A DNA stretch of 56,743 bases from Candidatus Methylomirabilia bacterium (lineage in GTDB: Bacteria; Methylomirabilota; Methylomirabilia; Rokubacteriales; CSP1-6): assembly GCA_046758965.1 (NCBI GenBank), contig JBHIBG010000010.1, positions 1 to 56,743 of the forward strand, read 5' to 3'. Positions 1 to 9,250 of this stretch are shown here, one piece after another. The position numbers and the translations under genes are program-made. Each line of letters begins with the position of its first letter. The stretch's first letter is position 1. The notes beneath the pieces were generated by a model, which was given only the letters and a program-made list of their open reading frames with translations, was not told the origin of the DNA and searched no databases.

Positions 1-485
1 ACCTGATGGCGGTGCACCTCTTCATCATGTACTGGGCCATGCTCTCGTACATCACCCCACCCGTGGCCATCGGTGCCTACGCAGCGGCCAGCATCGCCCA
101 GTGCAACCCGATGCGCGCCGGGCTCGAGGCGATGCGCTTCGGAGCAGTCAAGTACCTGCTTCCCTTCTTCTTCGTCTTCAACCCCCTCCTGGTCGCCCAG
201 AACGTCACCGCTGGCCAGTTCGTCCTCGTCTTCGGAGGGGCCATCCTCGGGATCGGTCTGTTCGCCTATGCGTTGCAGGGGTACCTGCTCGGGGTTGGCC
301 CCCTCACGAACAACGTGCCTGGCGTTCTCGTCCGGGGGCTCCTGGTGGTGGCCGGGGTTCTCCTTGCGGCGCCCGAGCCGTTCACTGACCTGATCGGGGT
401 GGCGCTCGCCGTGGCCACCTACGGCGTGCTGCTGGGTGCCTCACGACTGCGCCGGAACCTCCTCGCCAGCCCGATCGGCCACTAG
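1..485 (+). CDS. TRAP transporter fused permease (DctM-like), C-terminal part, truncated by window edge
   Basis: Hydrophobic helices with the HLFIMYWAMLSYITPPVAIGAYAAASIA and LLPFFFVFNP motifs typical of 4TM/12TM TRAP fusion permeases. Confidence 0.85.
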   Translation, partial: LMAVHLFIMYWAMLSYITPPVAIGAYAAASIAQCNPMRAGLEAMRFGAVKYLLPFFFVFNPLLVAQNVTAGQFVLVFGGAILGIGLFAYALQGYLLGVGPLTNNVPGVLVRGLLVVAGVLLAAPEPFTDLIGVALAVATYGVLLGASRLRRNLLASPIGH

Positions 486-709
486 GTAGTCTGGTTCGCT
501 CTGACGGCGGTGTATTTCTCAGGCGGTCGCCTAGCTTGTGTCTCCCTACGGGGAGAGGGTAGGGGGGCACGGTGTCGTACGGCAAAGCCAGCTTGGCCTA
601 TCCGGCATCCGTGCTACAGTGTTTGCTGGTATCGCTGGGGCGATTGTTTGTCTTCGCGATTCCGCCTACTGGCCTCAGCCGCCCGTGTTAAGCGTTGAGC
701 AGTTGGAAA

Positions 710-1447
710 GTGACATTGCGCGTCGGTCGTATTCCCTATCTCAACTGTGAGCCCTTCTTTGCCTACCTGGAAGGCGTTGAGACGCTCACGGTGTCACCTC
801 GGGCGCTCGGGGAGGCAATGGCGGCAGGACGGCTTGATGCTGGCCCGGTTCCGCTTGCGGATTTCATCGCCCTCACGGACGCCATCCGCCGCCTCCGTTT
901 CGGTATCGCGACCCCTGGCGCGGCCCATTCGGTCCTCGTGTTCAGCAGGAGCCCGCTTGCCACCCTCCACGGCGCGACGATTGGCGTGACTGAGGAGACC
1001 TCCACCTCCGTCCGCATTCTTCAGCTCCTGCTGAAGCTTCGTTACGGGATCAGGGGGGTGAGCTGGGCGAAGATTTCGGATGATGTCGATGCCATCCTCC
1101 TGATAGGTGACCAAGCGCTTCAGGCACGAGCCCAGGGCACCCGCTTTGAACAGTGCATAGATCTTGGCGCCGAATGGAAGGCATGGACGGGGCTTCCCTG
1201 CGTTTTCGCGGTGTGGGCGATCGTGCGCACGGTTCCAGAGGAGGCAGGGATCGAACTGGAGAGAGCGCTGGACGTCGCGCTGCTCCGGGGCGTCGCGTCA
1301 CTCCAAGAGATCGCAGCTCGAAGACGTGAGACAGGGCTGGACGAAGGCCAAACAATCAGTTATTTGAAGAACTTCATCTACCGCTTCGGCCCGCGAGAAG
1401 AGGCAGCTATCGAAGAGTTTACGCGCCTGTTGCCATTGGTCAAGTGA
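710..1447 (+). CDS. mqnA: Chorismate dehydratase (futalosine menaquinone pathway), MqnA family
   Basis: RVGRIPYLNCEPF N-terminus, TSTSVRIL, LLIGDQAL, DLGAEWKAWTGLPCVFAVW; GTG at 710 chosen as start (ORF open from 695). Confidence 0.85.
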   Translation: MTLRVGRIPYLNCEPFFAYLEGVETLTVSPRALGEAMAAGRLDAGPVPLADFIALTDAIRRLRFGIATPGAAHSVLVFSRSPLATLHGATIGVTEETSTSVRILQLLLKLRYGIRGVSWAKISDDVDAILLIGDQALQARAQGTRFEQCIDLGAEWKAWTGLPCVFAVWAIVRTVPEEAGIELERALDVALLRGVASLQEIAARRRETGLDEGQTISYLKNFIYRFGPREEAAIEEFTRLLPLVK

Positions 1448-1528
1448 GTCGGCGGTCACCCGCCTCTTCATCTCACGCGGCGGTCATCGAACTGCCGCTC
1501 GCGGTTGATCCTCCCTGGGACCTCTAGT

Positions 1529-1585
1529 CCCCCTCACCCTTCCCTCTCCCCCTCGAAGGGGAAGAGGATTAAAGGTGAGGGGGGG
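1529..1585. repeat. REP-like palindromic element (CCCCTCACCCT..CCCTCTCCCC..GGGGAAGAGG..AGGTGAGGGG)
   Basis: Nested inverted repeat between convergent genes; a partial relative (TCTCCCTACGGGGAGAGGGTAGGGGGG) lies at about 541-567. Confidence 0.65.
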
Positions 1586-1639
1586 TCGAGAGACATGGGA
1601 CATTAGAAATGTAGCTGTCAATAATTCATTGGAGGTCCT

Positions 1640-2212
1640 CTAAGCCTCAGTGCGGGGGGTTGCCTTTGGGTTCCTCGCGGACATGGCCCGGAGGCCCGCG
1701 CTGTCCTTTCGCTTGAGGAGGGTGTGAAGGGGACCGTCCTGTCGCCAGGCCTGGCAGCTGTTGATGAACCAGAGCTCGGCCTCCTCGGTGGGGAAGCGAG
1801 GCTGCTCGCGGAAGACAGCGCCGGCTCCCTGCCTCGCCACCGGGGCCATCGAGAGGATCAGAGCCGTCAGATGGGCGCAGCCGTTCTCTCGGCCGAACAG
1901 CTCCTGCACCGCCCGGCTGAAGCCCCGCGTCACGGAGAGTCCCACCAGCGCCTGGAGCGGGGGCACCGCATCAGGGCAGATCGTATACGGATGGGTGGCC
2001 ATGCCGCCCGAGACCTGGGTGATGATGAAGTCGGGATAGCGGACGCGGAGGGCTGCGGTCATGTTGTGAATCTCTGTCCGTTGCTCCCCGCCGAACCAGC
2101 GGGCCCCGTCGGGGCGCTCATCCACGAGCGTTCCGTGCACTTCCAGCTCATCGTCGCTCACCTTCCGAGCTTCCACCCGGATCGTTCGGACATGTACCGG
2201 TGCATCGCTCAT
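1640..2212 (-). CDS. DUF2889 family protein
   Basis: IHNM...HPYTICP...LVGLSVTRGF...GCAHLTAL...FINSCQAW pattern of conserved Cys/His. Confidence 0.75.
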   Translation of the reverse strand: MSDAPVHVRTIRVEARKVSDDELEVHGTLVDERPDGARWFGGEQRTEIHNMTAALRVRYPDFIITQVSGGMATHPYTICPDAVPPLQALVGLSVTRGFSRAVQELFGRENGCAHLTALILSMAPVARQGAGAVFREQPRFPTEEAELWFINSCQAWRQDGPLHTLLKRKDSAGLRAMSARNPKATPRTEA

Positions 2213-3000
2213 TGAGCGTTAACCTCCTTCAGCACAGCCAGCATCTCCTCATGGATCAGGGTGTTTGAGGCTACGATCCTGGGATTCGCGAGGTCGAGGC
2301 GTGTGCCCGCCAGGTCGGTGACCCTGCCACCAGCTTCTTCCACCATCAGGGCTCCTGCCGCGACATCCCAGGGGCCGACCCTGAGCTCCCAGTAGCCGTC
2401 CAGCCGGCCCGCGGCCACGTAGGAGAGATAGAGGACCGCTGAACCTGTGCGTCGCACCCCCTGGCATCGCAGGCTGAATGCGGCGTACTCGGACAGGTTG
2501 TTGTCGTTGGCCTCGCGGATATTGTAGGGAAAGCCCGTGGCCAGCAAGCTCTCATCGAGAGTCTGAGTCTCCGACACGTGGAGCCGCTCGCCATTGAGGA
2601 AGGTCCCCTGGCCTCGCTGGGCCACGAAGCACTCCTCCAGGTTCGGGTCGTAGACCACGCCGAGCACGACCTCGCCGTCCACCTCCAGGGCGATGGAGAC
2701 CGCGTACGCGGGGAACCCGTGAGAGTAATTGGTCGTGCCGTCGAGCGGATCGATGATCCAGCGGGAGGATGACGCCGGGCCCACACGGCCGCGCTCCTCG
2801 GAGAGAATCGAGTGAGTCGGGAAGGCCGCCTGGATCGCCTCGATGATGACGGCCTCAGCGCGCCGGTCCATCTCAGTGACCAGGTTGGTGGGGCTCCCCT
2901 TGAACGTCACCCGGTGGCGCTTTCCCCACTCCGCTCGGAGAAGATGCCCCGCGCGCGTGGCCGCCTCGATCGCTAGATCTCGAACGCGTTCGGTCCCCAT
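2209..3000 (-). CDS. suhB: Inositol monophosphatase family protein
   Basis: NLVTEMD, ILSEE, WIIDPLDGTTNY, PWDVAAG motifs; ATG at 3000 preferred over 3048. Confidence 0.9.
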   Translation of the reverse strand: MGTERVRDLAIEAATRAGHLLRAEWGKRHRVTFKGSPTNLVTEMDRRAEAVIIEAIQAAFPTHSILSEERGRVGPASSSRWIIDPLDGTTNYSHGFPAYAVSIALEVDGEVVLGVVYDPNLEECFVAQRGQGTFLNGERLHVSETQTLDESLLATGFPYNIREANDNNLSEYAAFSLRCQGVRRTGSAVLYLSYVAAGRLDGYWELRVGPWDVAAGALMVEEAGGRVTDLAGTRLDLANPRIVASNTLIHEEMLAVLKEVNAQ

Positions 3001-3156
3001 GCCCCTCACACGACGAATGCGGCCGGAGGCCGCATCCACGCTTATCATAGCACATCAGCGCTTGACATCCGGAGAAGGCTTCTGCAGCATGAGCGGAAGA
3101 ATGGTGAGTCATCACAGGCACATCTGCAGCTTCCGTCGCGGACGGCCGTGAGTGCC

Positions 3157-3615
3157 ATGGGTCGTGTCGCTCCGTCTTCGCTCCCGCGCTCGATCCTCGT
3201 GGTGATTTCGGGAGTTTGCCGGGGCCCCCGCGGTCCCGGGGGCTGGGGGTATGTGGCGTGTCTTCCGACGGGCGTCGAGCGTGAGGGGAACGGAGCCGCC
3301 CCTGAGACCACTGCCAACCGGATGGAGCTCCAGGCTGTCATCGAGGGGCTCAGAGCCATCCGGGGCAAAGAGCGGTCGCTGCCCGTGCGGGTGGTGAGCG
3401 CCAGCCAGTACGTCGTGGAAGGGGCCAAGGGGAAGCGCGAGCGGAAGGCCAACCAGGACCTCTGGGAGAAGCTGGACGCCGAGCTGGGGGATCGCGCGGT
3501 GACTTGGGAGTGGGAGCCCCCTCACACCATGCACTATCAGTCCCAGGCCTACGACTTGGCCTGCCAGGCGCTCAGGCACGCCCTCAAGACCATGCCGGCA
3601 ACGGAGAGACCCTGA
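3157..3615 (+). CDS. RNase HI-like protein with degenerate active site
   Basis: GPGGWG, TTANRMELQAVIEGL, SQYVVEG, ANQDLW match RNase HI; catalytic Asp positions appear substituted; start 3148 or 3157. Confidence 0.75.
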   Translation: MGRVAPSSLPRSILVVISGVCRGPRGPGGWGYVACLPTGVEREGNGAAPETTANRMELQAVIEGLRAIRGKERSLPVRVVSASQYVVEGAKGKRERKANQDLWEKLDAELGDRAVTWEWEPPHTMHYQSQAYDLACQALRHALKTMPATERP

Positions 3616-3695
3616 AGATTCTGAATCTGGGAGCTGGCGGCTTGGGCGGCAATCGCGAGGCCCCGCTCTGATTGCTCTCCCGGAATAGCCCGTTC

Positions 3696-5462
3696 ATGCC
3701 CAGGCGTCTTCTCGCCCGATATGTGCAGCGCTACGCCTCCTGGTATCTGACCGGCTTCGGGTGTCTCGGGCTGGCCAGCCTCTTCGCGCTGGCGATCCCA
3801 TGGGTGGTGAAGAGCGCCATCGAGATGCTGCAAGCCGGTGGGGGGACGAGAGACCTCTGGTGGTACGTCGCCGCGATCTTGGTCCTGGCGGCCAGCCACG
3901 GGCTGGTTCGCCTTGGCTCCCGCTTTGCCGTGCTCGGGGCAGGGCAGCGGATCGAGTACGATCTTCGGAACGACCTCTACGCCCATCTCCAGCAGCTCTC
4001 TCCGGCGTTCTATCAGGTCTACCGCACCGGCGACCTGGTGTCGCGGAGCTCCAACGACCTCTCTCAGGTGAAGCTCCTGGTAGGGTTCGGTGCGCTCAGC
4101 CTCATCGGGACCACTCTCATTTTTGTCGGAACCCTGGCCGCCATGGTTGCCATTGATCCCTGGCTGGCGCTTTACGCCACGGCGCCGTATCCGCTCGTCA
4201 TCCTCCTAGCCAAGCGCTTCAGCTCTCGGCTTCATGTCCGATCCCAGGCGGTCCAAGACCAGCTCGGGCGCCTCTCGGCCAAGGTTCAGGAGAACCTGAC
4301 CGGCGGGAGCATCGTGCGGGCCTATGCCATGGAGAGCCGAGAGGAGGCGGGATTCGACAGGCTCAACCGCGAGTATCTGGCGCGGAGCTTGGCCCTCGCC
4401 CGGATCCAGGCAGGCTTCGCTCCTCTGATCGGGCTGATTGCGGGTATGGGGACGTTGATCATCCTCTGGCTCGGCGGGAAGGCCGTGGTGGACGGGAGGA
4501 TCTCCCTGGGCGCCTTTGTGGCGTTCAACGGCTACCTGGCCCTCCTCGCCTGGCCCACGATCGCGCTCGGCTGGACGCTGTCCATCATGCGCCGTGCGCT
4601 CAGCGCCCTCGAGCGGATCGCTGAGATCCTTGCCGTCGAGCCAGAGATTGAAGACCCGGGGCTGGAAGCCGGGCTTACATTTCCGACCCTCGCGGCCGGA
4701 GGCCTGTCAGTGGAGTTCAGGGCGCTGACCTTCGCGTACCCGGGACGGGGACCGGCGCTCCGGGAGGTCGCCCTGACGGTGCCAGCGGGGAGCACCGTCG
4801 CGATCGTGGGCCCCACGGGGAGCGGCAAATCCACGCTGGGATTGCTGATCCCGCGCCTGTACGATCCACCAACCGGGACGCTCTTCGTTGACGGTCGAGA
4901 TGTCCGATCGCTCCCCCTCAACGCACTGAGGCAGGCGGTGGGCTACGTCGCCCAGGAGCCTTTCCTCTTCTCCCGGTCCGTCCGGCAGAACCTCGCGCTT
5001 GCCCGCGATCGCCTCAGCGACGCCGAGATTCGCCGGGCAGAGGCGGTGGTCGGGCTGGCCGAGGAGGTGGAGGCGTTCCCGGATGGCTGGGACACCGTGG
5101 TTGGCGAGCGAGGTCTCACGCTCTCGGGTGGCCAGCGCCAGCGCGCGGCTCTGGCCCGCGCCCTCCTTCGAGACCCGCGAATCCTGATTCTGGATGATCC
5201 CTTCGCCAGTGTGGATTCGGCCAAGGAGGTGGAGATCCTGAGCGCCTTGCGAGAGGCCGGCTCCGGCCGCACCGTGCTCATCATGACCCACCGGCTCCGA
5301 GCCGCCCAGCAGGCGGACTGGGTTGTGGTCCTCGATGAGGGGCGGATTGTCGGGCAGGGGACGCACGCGGATCTCCTGGGTCGGGGCGGCCTCTACGCCC
5401 GGTTCTGGCGGGTGCAGCAGCTAGAGGAGGAGCTGGAGGTCGGTGGTCATGAGCCGGCATAG
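3696..5462 (+). CDS. ABC exporter permease/ATPase, MdlA-like subunit of a heterodimer
   Basis: TM domain, GPTGSGKS, LSGGQRQR, non-canonical Walker B ILILDD. Confidence 0.9.
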   Translation: MPRRLLARYVQRYASWYLTGFGCLGLASLFALAIPWVVKSAIEMLQAGGGTRDLWWYVAAILVLAASHGLVRLGSRFAVLGAGQRIEYDLRNDLYAHLQQLSPAFYQVYRTGDLVSRSSNDLSQVKLLVGFGALSLIGTTLIFVGTLAAMVAIDPWLALYATAPYPLVILLAKRFSSRLHVRSQAVQDQLGRLSAKVQENLTGGSIVRAYAMESREEAGFDRLNREYLARSLALARIQAGFAPLIGLIAGMGTLIILWLGGKAVVDGRISLGAFVAFNGYLALLAWPTIALGWTLSIMRRALSALERIAEILAVEPEIEDPGLEAGLTFPTLAAGGLSVEFRALTFAYPGRGPALREVALTVPAGSTVAIVGPTGSGKSTLGLLIPRLYDPPTGTLFVDGRDVRSLPLNALRQAVGYVAQEPFLFSRSVRQNLALARDRLSDAEIRRAEAVVGLAEEVEAFPDGWDTVVGERGLTLSGGQRQRAALARALLRDPRILILDDPFASVDSAKEVEILSALREAGSGRTVLIMTHRLRAAQQADWVVVLDEGRIVGQGTHADLLGRGGLYARFWRVQQLEEELEVGGHEPA

Positions 5463-7248
5463 CCACGGTGCTGCGGGGGCGGGGAGCCCCTTCGAGGACG
5501 ACGTCCTGGGTAAAGCCTACGATGCGCGGCTCATGGCCCGCCTCTGGACCGCCACGCGACCTTACAGGGCCGTCATTGTCCTGGCGACGATCCTCTTTTT
5601 CCCGCTCGTCGGCCTCGAGCTGCTCCAACCCTACCTGCTCAAGGTCGCCATTGACCGGTACATCCTGCCCGGTGATTGGCTGGGCTTGAGCTGGGTGGTG
5701 CTGGCCTTCTTCGGTACGCTGATCCTCCTCTACGGTCTCCGCGCCTGGCAGAGCTACCTGAGCCATCTGACTGGCCAGCGGGTCATGCACGACCTCCGCC
5801 GAGCGTTGTTCGCCCAGGTGCAGAAGATGGAGCAAGGCTTCTTAGACAGGAACCCGGTGGGGCGGCTCATGACCCGGATTCTGAACGATGTGGAGGCCGT
5901 GAGCGAGGTCTTCTCCGCGGGCCTGGTGGCGATTGTCGGGGATGCGCTCACGCTGACCGGCGTGGTGGCGGTCATGATGGGGATGAACTGGAAGCTGGCC
6001 CTGGCGACGTTCTCTCTCGTGCCGCTCCTTTTCGTGGTGGCGGTGTTCTTCCGCGCCAAGGCACGGGCGGCCTACCGCATCGTGCGGACCCGCCTGGCCC
6101 GCCTCAACGCCTTCCTCCAGGAGTCCCTGCAAGGGATGACGGTGATCCAGCTCTTCACGCGGGAGCGCCAGGAGCGGGAGGCCTTCAATACCCTGAGCCG
6201 GGATTACCGTCGGGCGCTGTTCAGGTCCACGCTCTGGGACGCCTCGCTCTACGCCTCCGTGGAGGCCATCGGCGCGGCCGCGGTGGCGCTGCTGCTCTGG
6301 TACGGCGGCGGCCAGATCTGGGCCGGGGTGCTCACCTTCGGAGGGCTGGTGGCGTTCATCGAGTACACCCACCGCTTCTTCCTTCCGATCCGGGACCTTG
6401 GCGCAAAGTATGCCGTCATGCAGTCGGCTATGGCCTCGTCCGAGCGAATCTTCAACCTCCTCGATCTTCAGCCCGCGATCGTCTCCCCGCCTCACCCGAG
6501 GCGCGTGAAGTCGGTTCAGGGCGCCATCGAGTTCAGACAGGTGTGGTTCGCCTACGAGCGGGAGGAGTGGGTCCTGCGCGGCTGCTCCTTCCGGCTCTCC
6601 CCCGGAGAGCGCGTGGCGCTCGTGGGCACTACCGGGGAAGGAAAGACCACCATTGCCCGCCTGTTGAATCGGACGTACGAGGTGAGCCGGGGGCAAGTGC
6701 TCCTGGACGGGGTGGATGTCAGGGAGTGGAGCCTGACGACGCTTCGCCGGCAGGTCGGCCTGATCCCCCAGGATGTCTTTCTCTTCACGGGAACTCTGGA
6801 GGACAATCTTCACATGGGGGCGGACGGGGCCGTCTCCCACGAGGTGCTCGCGCGGGCTGTTGCCACGGCCAACGCCACGAAATTGGTCGAGACGCTGCCC
6901 GGCGGCTACCGCCACGAGATCAGAGAGCGCGGGGCCAACCTCTCGCAAGGGCAGCGCCAGCTTCTGGCCATTGCCCGCGCCCTCGTGTACAATCCCGCCG
7001 TGCTGGTGCTGGACGAGGCCACCTCGAGCGTGGACTCGGAGTCAGAAAGGCTGATTCAGGAGGCGATGGGGCGACTGCTAGCCGGTCGGACGAGCCTCAT
7101 AATCGCCCACCGACTCTCCACCATAAGAACGGCGGATCGGGTCCTTGTCCTCCACGGGGGGCAGGTGCGGGAGGACGGGAGCCACGCCGAGCTCCTCCGG
7201 CGCGGCGGGCTCTACGCGCGGCTCCACGAGCTCCAGTTCAGCGGTTGA
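5449..7248 (+). CDS. ABC exporter permease/ATPase, MdlB-like subunit
   Basis: DDVLGKAYDARL N-terminus, GTTGEGKT, LSQGQRQ, VLDEATSSVD; overlaps the upstream partner. Confidence 0.9.
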   Translation: MSRHSHGAAGAGSPFEDDVLGKAYDARLMARLWTATRPYRAVIVLATILFFPLVGLELLQPYLLKVAIDRYILPGDWLGLSWVVLAFFGTLILLYGLRAWQSYLSHLTGQRVMHDLRRALFAQVQKMEQGFLDRNPVGRLMTRILNDVEAVSEVFSAGLVAIVGDALTLTGVVAVMMGMNWKLALATFSLVPLLFVVAVFFRAKARAAYRIVRTRLARLNAFLQESLQGMTVIQLFTRERQEREAFNTLSRDYRRALFRSTLWDASLYASVEAIGAAAVALLLWYGGGQIWAGVLTFGGLVAFIEYTHRFFLPIRDLGAKYAVMQSAMASSERIFNLLDLQPAIVSPPHPRRVKSVQGAIEFRQVWFAYEREEWVLRGCSFRLSPGERVALVGTTGEGKTTIARLLNRTYEVSRGQVLLDGVDVREWSLTTLRRQVGLIPQDVFLFTGTLEDNLHMGADGAVSHEVLARAVATANATKLVETLPGGYRHEIRERGANLSQGQRQLLAIARALVYNPAVLVLDEATSSVDSESERLIQEAMGRLLAGRTSLIIAHRLSTIRTADRVLVLHGGQVREDGSHAELLRRGGLYARLHELQFSG

Positions 7249-7251
7249 CAC

Positions 7252-7596
7252 GTGAGAAAATTTGACCGGGCGGTGTATCGGCTCGTCTCCGACATCCCGC
7301 GGGGAGAGGTCGCCACCTACGGCCAGATCGCGGCGCTGTTGGGATATCCTCGGGCCGCACGCGCCGTGGGCGCAGCGCTCAAGCGTTGCCGGCCCGATCT
7401 CCCCTGGCACCGGGTCCTCAACCACTGGGGCGGGATCAGCCTCCGGGGCAACGTGAGTGGGATGGTGACGCAGCGGATCCTGCTGGAACGGGAGGGGATT
7501 CGGCTCCAACGCGGCAGGGTCGATCTTCGACGATTCCGCTGGACGGGTCGGCGACGCTTGACGCGGCTCGTCCTACCGGATCTCCGAAGGCTGTAG
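7252..7596 (+). CDS. Alkyltransferase-like (ATL/MGMT-family) DNA damage-binding protein
   Basis: IPRGEVATYGQIA..ARAVG..PWHRV; Trp replaces the catalytic Cys of PCHRV, which is diagnostic of ATL proteins. Confidence 0.85.
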   Translation: MRKFDRAVYRLVSDIPRGEVATYGQIAALLGYPRAARAVGAALKRCRPDLPWHRVLNHWGGISLRGNVSGMVTQRILLEREGIRLQRGRVDLRRFRWTGRRRLTRLVLPDLRRL

Positions 7597-7608
7597 GAGG
7601 ATAGCGCT

Positions 7609-8637
7609 ATGCGCCTTGGACTCAACCTCGGTTACTCCGGCCCGACCTTTACCTTGAATCTTCCGCTGGTCCTGGAAGCCGAGCGCCTCGGGTTTGACTC
7701 CGTGTGGACGGCGGAAGCTTACGGCTCGGATGCGGTGACGTCATTGGCCTGGATCGCCGCGCGCACAGAGAGGATCCGAGTCGGGACCGCCATCATGCAA
7801 ATGCCCGCCAGGACGCCGGCGATGGCAGCCATGACGGCGACAACGCTCGATCAGCTCTCGGGCGGCCGGTTCCTCCTGGGGTTAGGGGTCTCGGGCCCTC
7901 AGGTGGTGGAAGGGTGGCACGGCGTTCCCTTCGGCAAGCCCCTGGTCAGGACACGAGAGTACGTCGCCATCGTCAGGGCGATCTGGGCCCGGGAGAAGCC
8001 GGTGCAGTTCAGCGGCGAGCACTACCAGATTCCGTACTCGGGGCCGGACGCGAGCGGGCTCGGAAAGCCGCTCAAATCGATCCTCCACGGCCGAGCCGAC
8101 ATCCCCATCTACCTGGCCGCTATCGGCCCCAGGAACGTGGCGTTGGCCGCCGAGATCGCCGATGGCTGGCTCCCGGTGTACTTCTCTCCCGACCGGACGG
8201 CTACCTTCCGGGAGTGGCTCGATGCGGGCTTTGGCCGCGCGGGTGCAGGGAAGTCGCTCGCCACCTTCGACATCGCTCCCACCGTGGCCGTCGTTCTCGG
8301 CAACGACATCGGCGCCTGCCGGAACGTGATCAAGCCCCGGCTGGCCCTCTACGTCGGTGGGATGGGGGCCCGGGGGAAGAACTTCTACAACGACCTCGCC
8401 TGTCGCTACGGCTACGAGGAAGCCGCCGGGCGGATCCAGGAACTCTACCTGGCGGGGCGGAGGGAGGAGGCGAGCGCCGCGGTGCCAGATGCGCTGGTGG
8501 ACGAGATCGCGCTGTGCGGCCCGCGAGAGCGGATCCGCGAGCGGCTCGAGGCGTGGCGGGCCGCCGGGGTGACGACTCTGATCTGCGGGACCGGTCAGGT
8601 CGAGGCGGTTCGGATGATGGCTGAGCTGGTGCTTTAG
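7609..8637 (+). CDS. LLM-class (probably F420-dependent) oxidoreductase
   Basis: [45 protein letters not shown]. Confidence 0.9.
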   Translation: MRLGLNLGYSGPTFTLNLPLVLEAERLGFDSVWTAEAYGSDAVTSLAWIAARTERIRVGTAIMQMPARTPAMAAMTATTLDQLSGGRFLLGLGVSGPQVVEGWHGVPFGKPLVRTREYVAIVRAIWAREKPVQFSGEHYQIPYSGPDASGLGKPLKSILHGRADIPIYLAAIGPRNVALAAEIADGWLPVYFSPDRTATFREWLDAGFGRAGAGKSLATFDIAPTVAVVLGNDIGACRNVIKPRLALYVGGMGARGKNFYNDLACRYGYEEAAGRIQELYLAGRREEASAAVPDALVDEIALCGPRERIRERLEAWRAAGVTTLICGTGQVEAVRMMAELVL

Positions 8638-8650
8638 GGCGAGATCGTTC

Positions 8651-9124
8651 ATGAAGGCAGCGAGCCGGCGCGTGCAGGAAGCGCTCGTAGCCCTCGGCAT
8701 CGACCGCGAGCTCATCGAGCTTTCCGTGAGCGCCAAGACCTCTCAGCAGGCTGCCGCCGCCGTGGGAGTCAGCGTGGCCCAGATCGCCAAGACGCTGGTC
8801 TTCACTGCCAACGGTATCCCCGTCCTGGTCATTGCCTCGGGAGCCAACCGCGTGGATGAGCGGAAGCTGGAGAAGCTGGCGGGGGGGAAGATTCGAAGGG
8901 CAGACCCCGAAATCGTCAGGCAGGCGACAGGGTTTAGCATTGGCGGCGTGCCCCCGATCGCCCACGCGACGCCCCTCTCCACCTTTATCGATCAGGACCT
9001 GCTCAGGCACGAGCTGATTTATGCGGCAGGCGGCGCCCCAGAACTTCTCTTCCCGCTCTCCCCAGACGAGCTCCTGAGGGCCACAACCGGCAGCGTCGCG
9101 GACCTCAAGGAGGACCCGTCGTGA
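8651..9124 (+). CDS. YbaK/EbsC family aminoacyl-tRNA deacylase
   Basis: AQIAKTLVF, TGFSIGGVPP, YAAGG. Confidence 0.85.
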   Translation: MKAASRRVQEALVALGIDRELIELSVSAKTSQQAAAAVGVSVAQIAKTLVFTANGIPVLVIASGANRVDERKLEKLAGGKIRRADPEIVRQATGFSIGGVPPIAHATPLSTFIDQDLLRHELIYAAGGAPELLFPLSPDELLRATTGSVADLKEDPS

Positions 9125-9250
9125 TCGCGATCCAGCACGTCGCCGTGGGTGATCAAGCTCTCAGCTGGCTCGATCACCTGACCCTCCGTCGGTACGCGCG
9201 GGGGCTCGCTGCCCAGGGTGGGATCGGATCCTTCATGAAGGAGGGTAGCC

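Noticed and set aside
1596..1630. AT-rich GGGACATTAGAAATGTAGCTGTCA resembling an IS end
   Set aside because: No partner repeat or transposase nearby; too short to support
5676..7265. 529-aa alternative-frame ORF, and similar long overlapping ORFs (14615..16168, 45874..47226, 47042..48667, 51297..52700, 54143..55432)
   Set aside because: They overlap well-supported genes in another frame or strand and show no family motifs; such shadow ORFs are expected in high-GC DNA
7252..7596. MGMT lacking its catalytic Cys as a novelty
   Set aside because: PWHRV defines the already described ATL family
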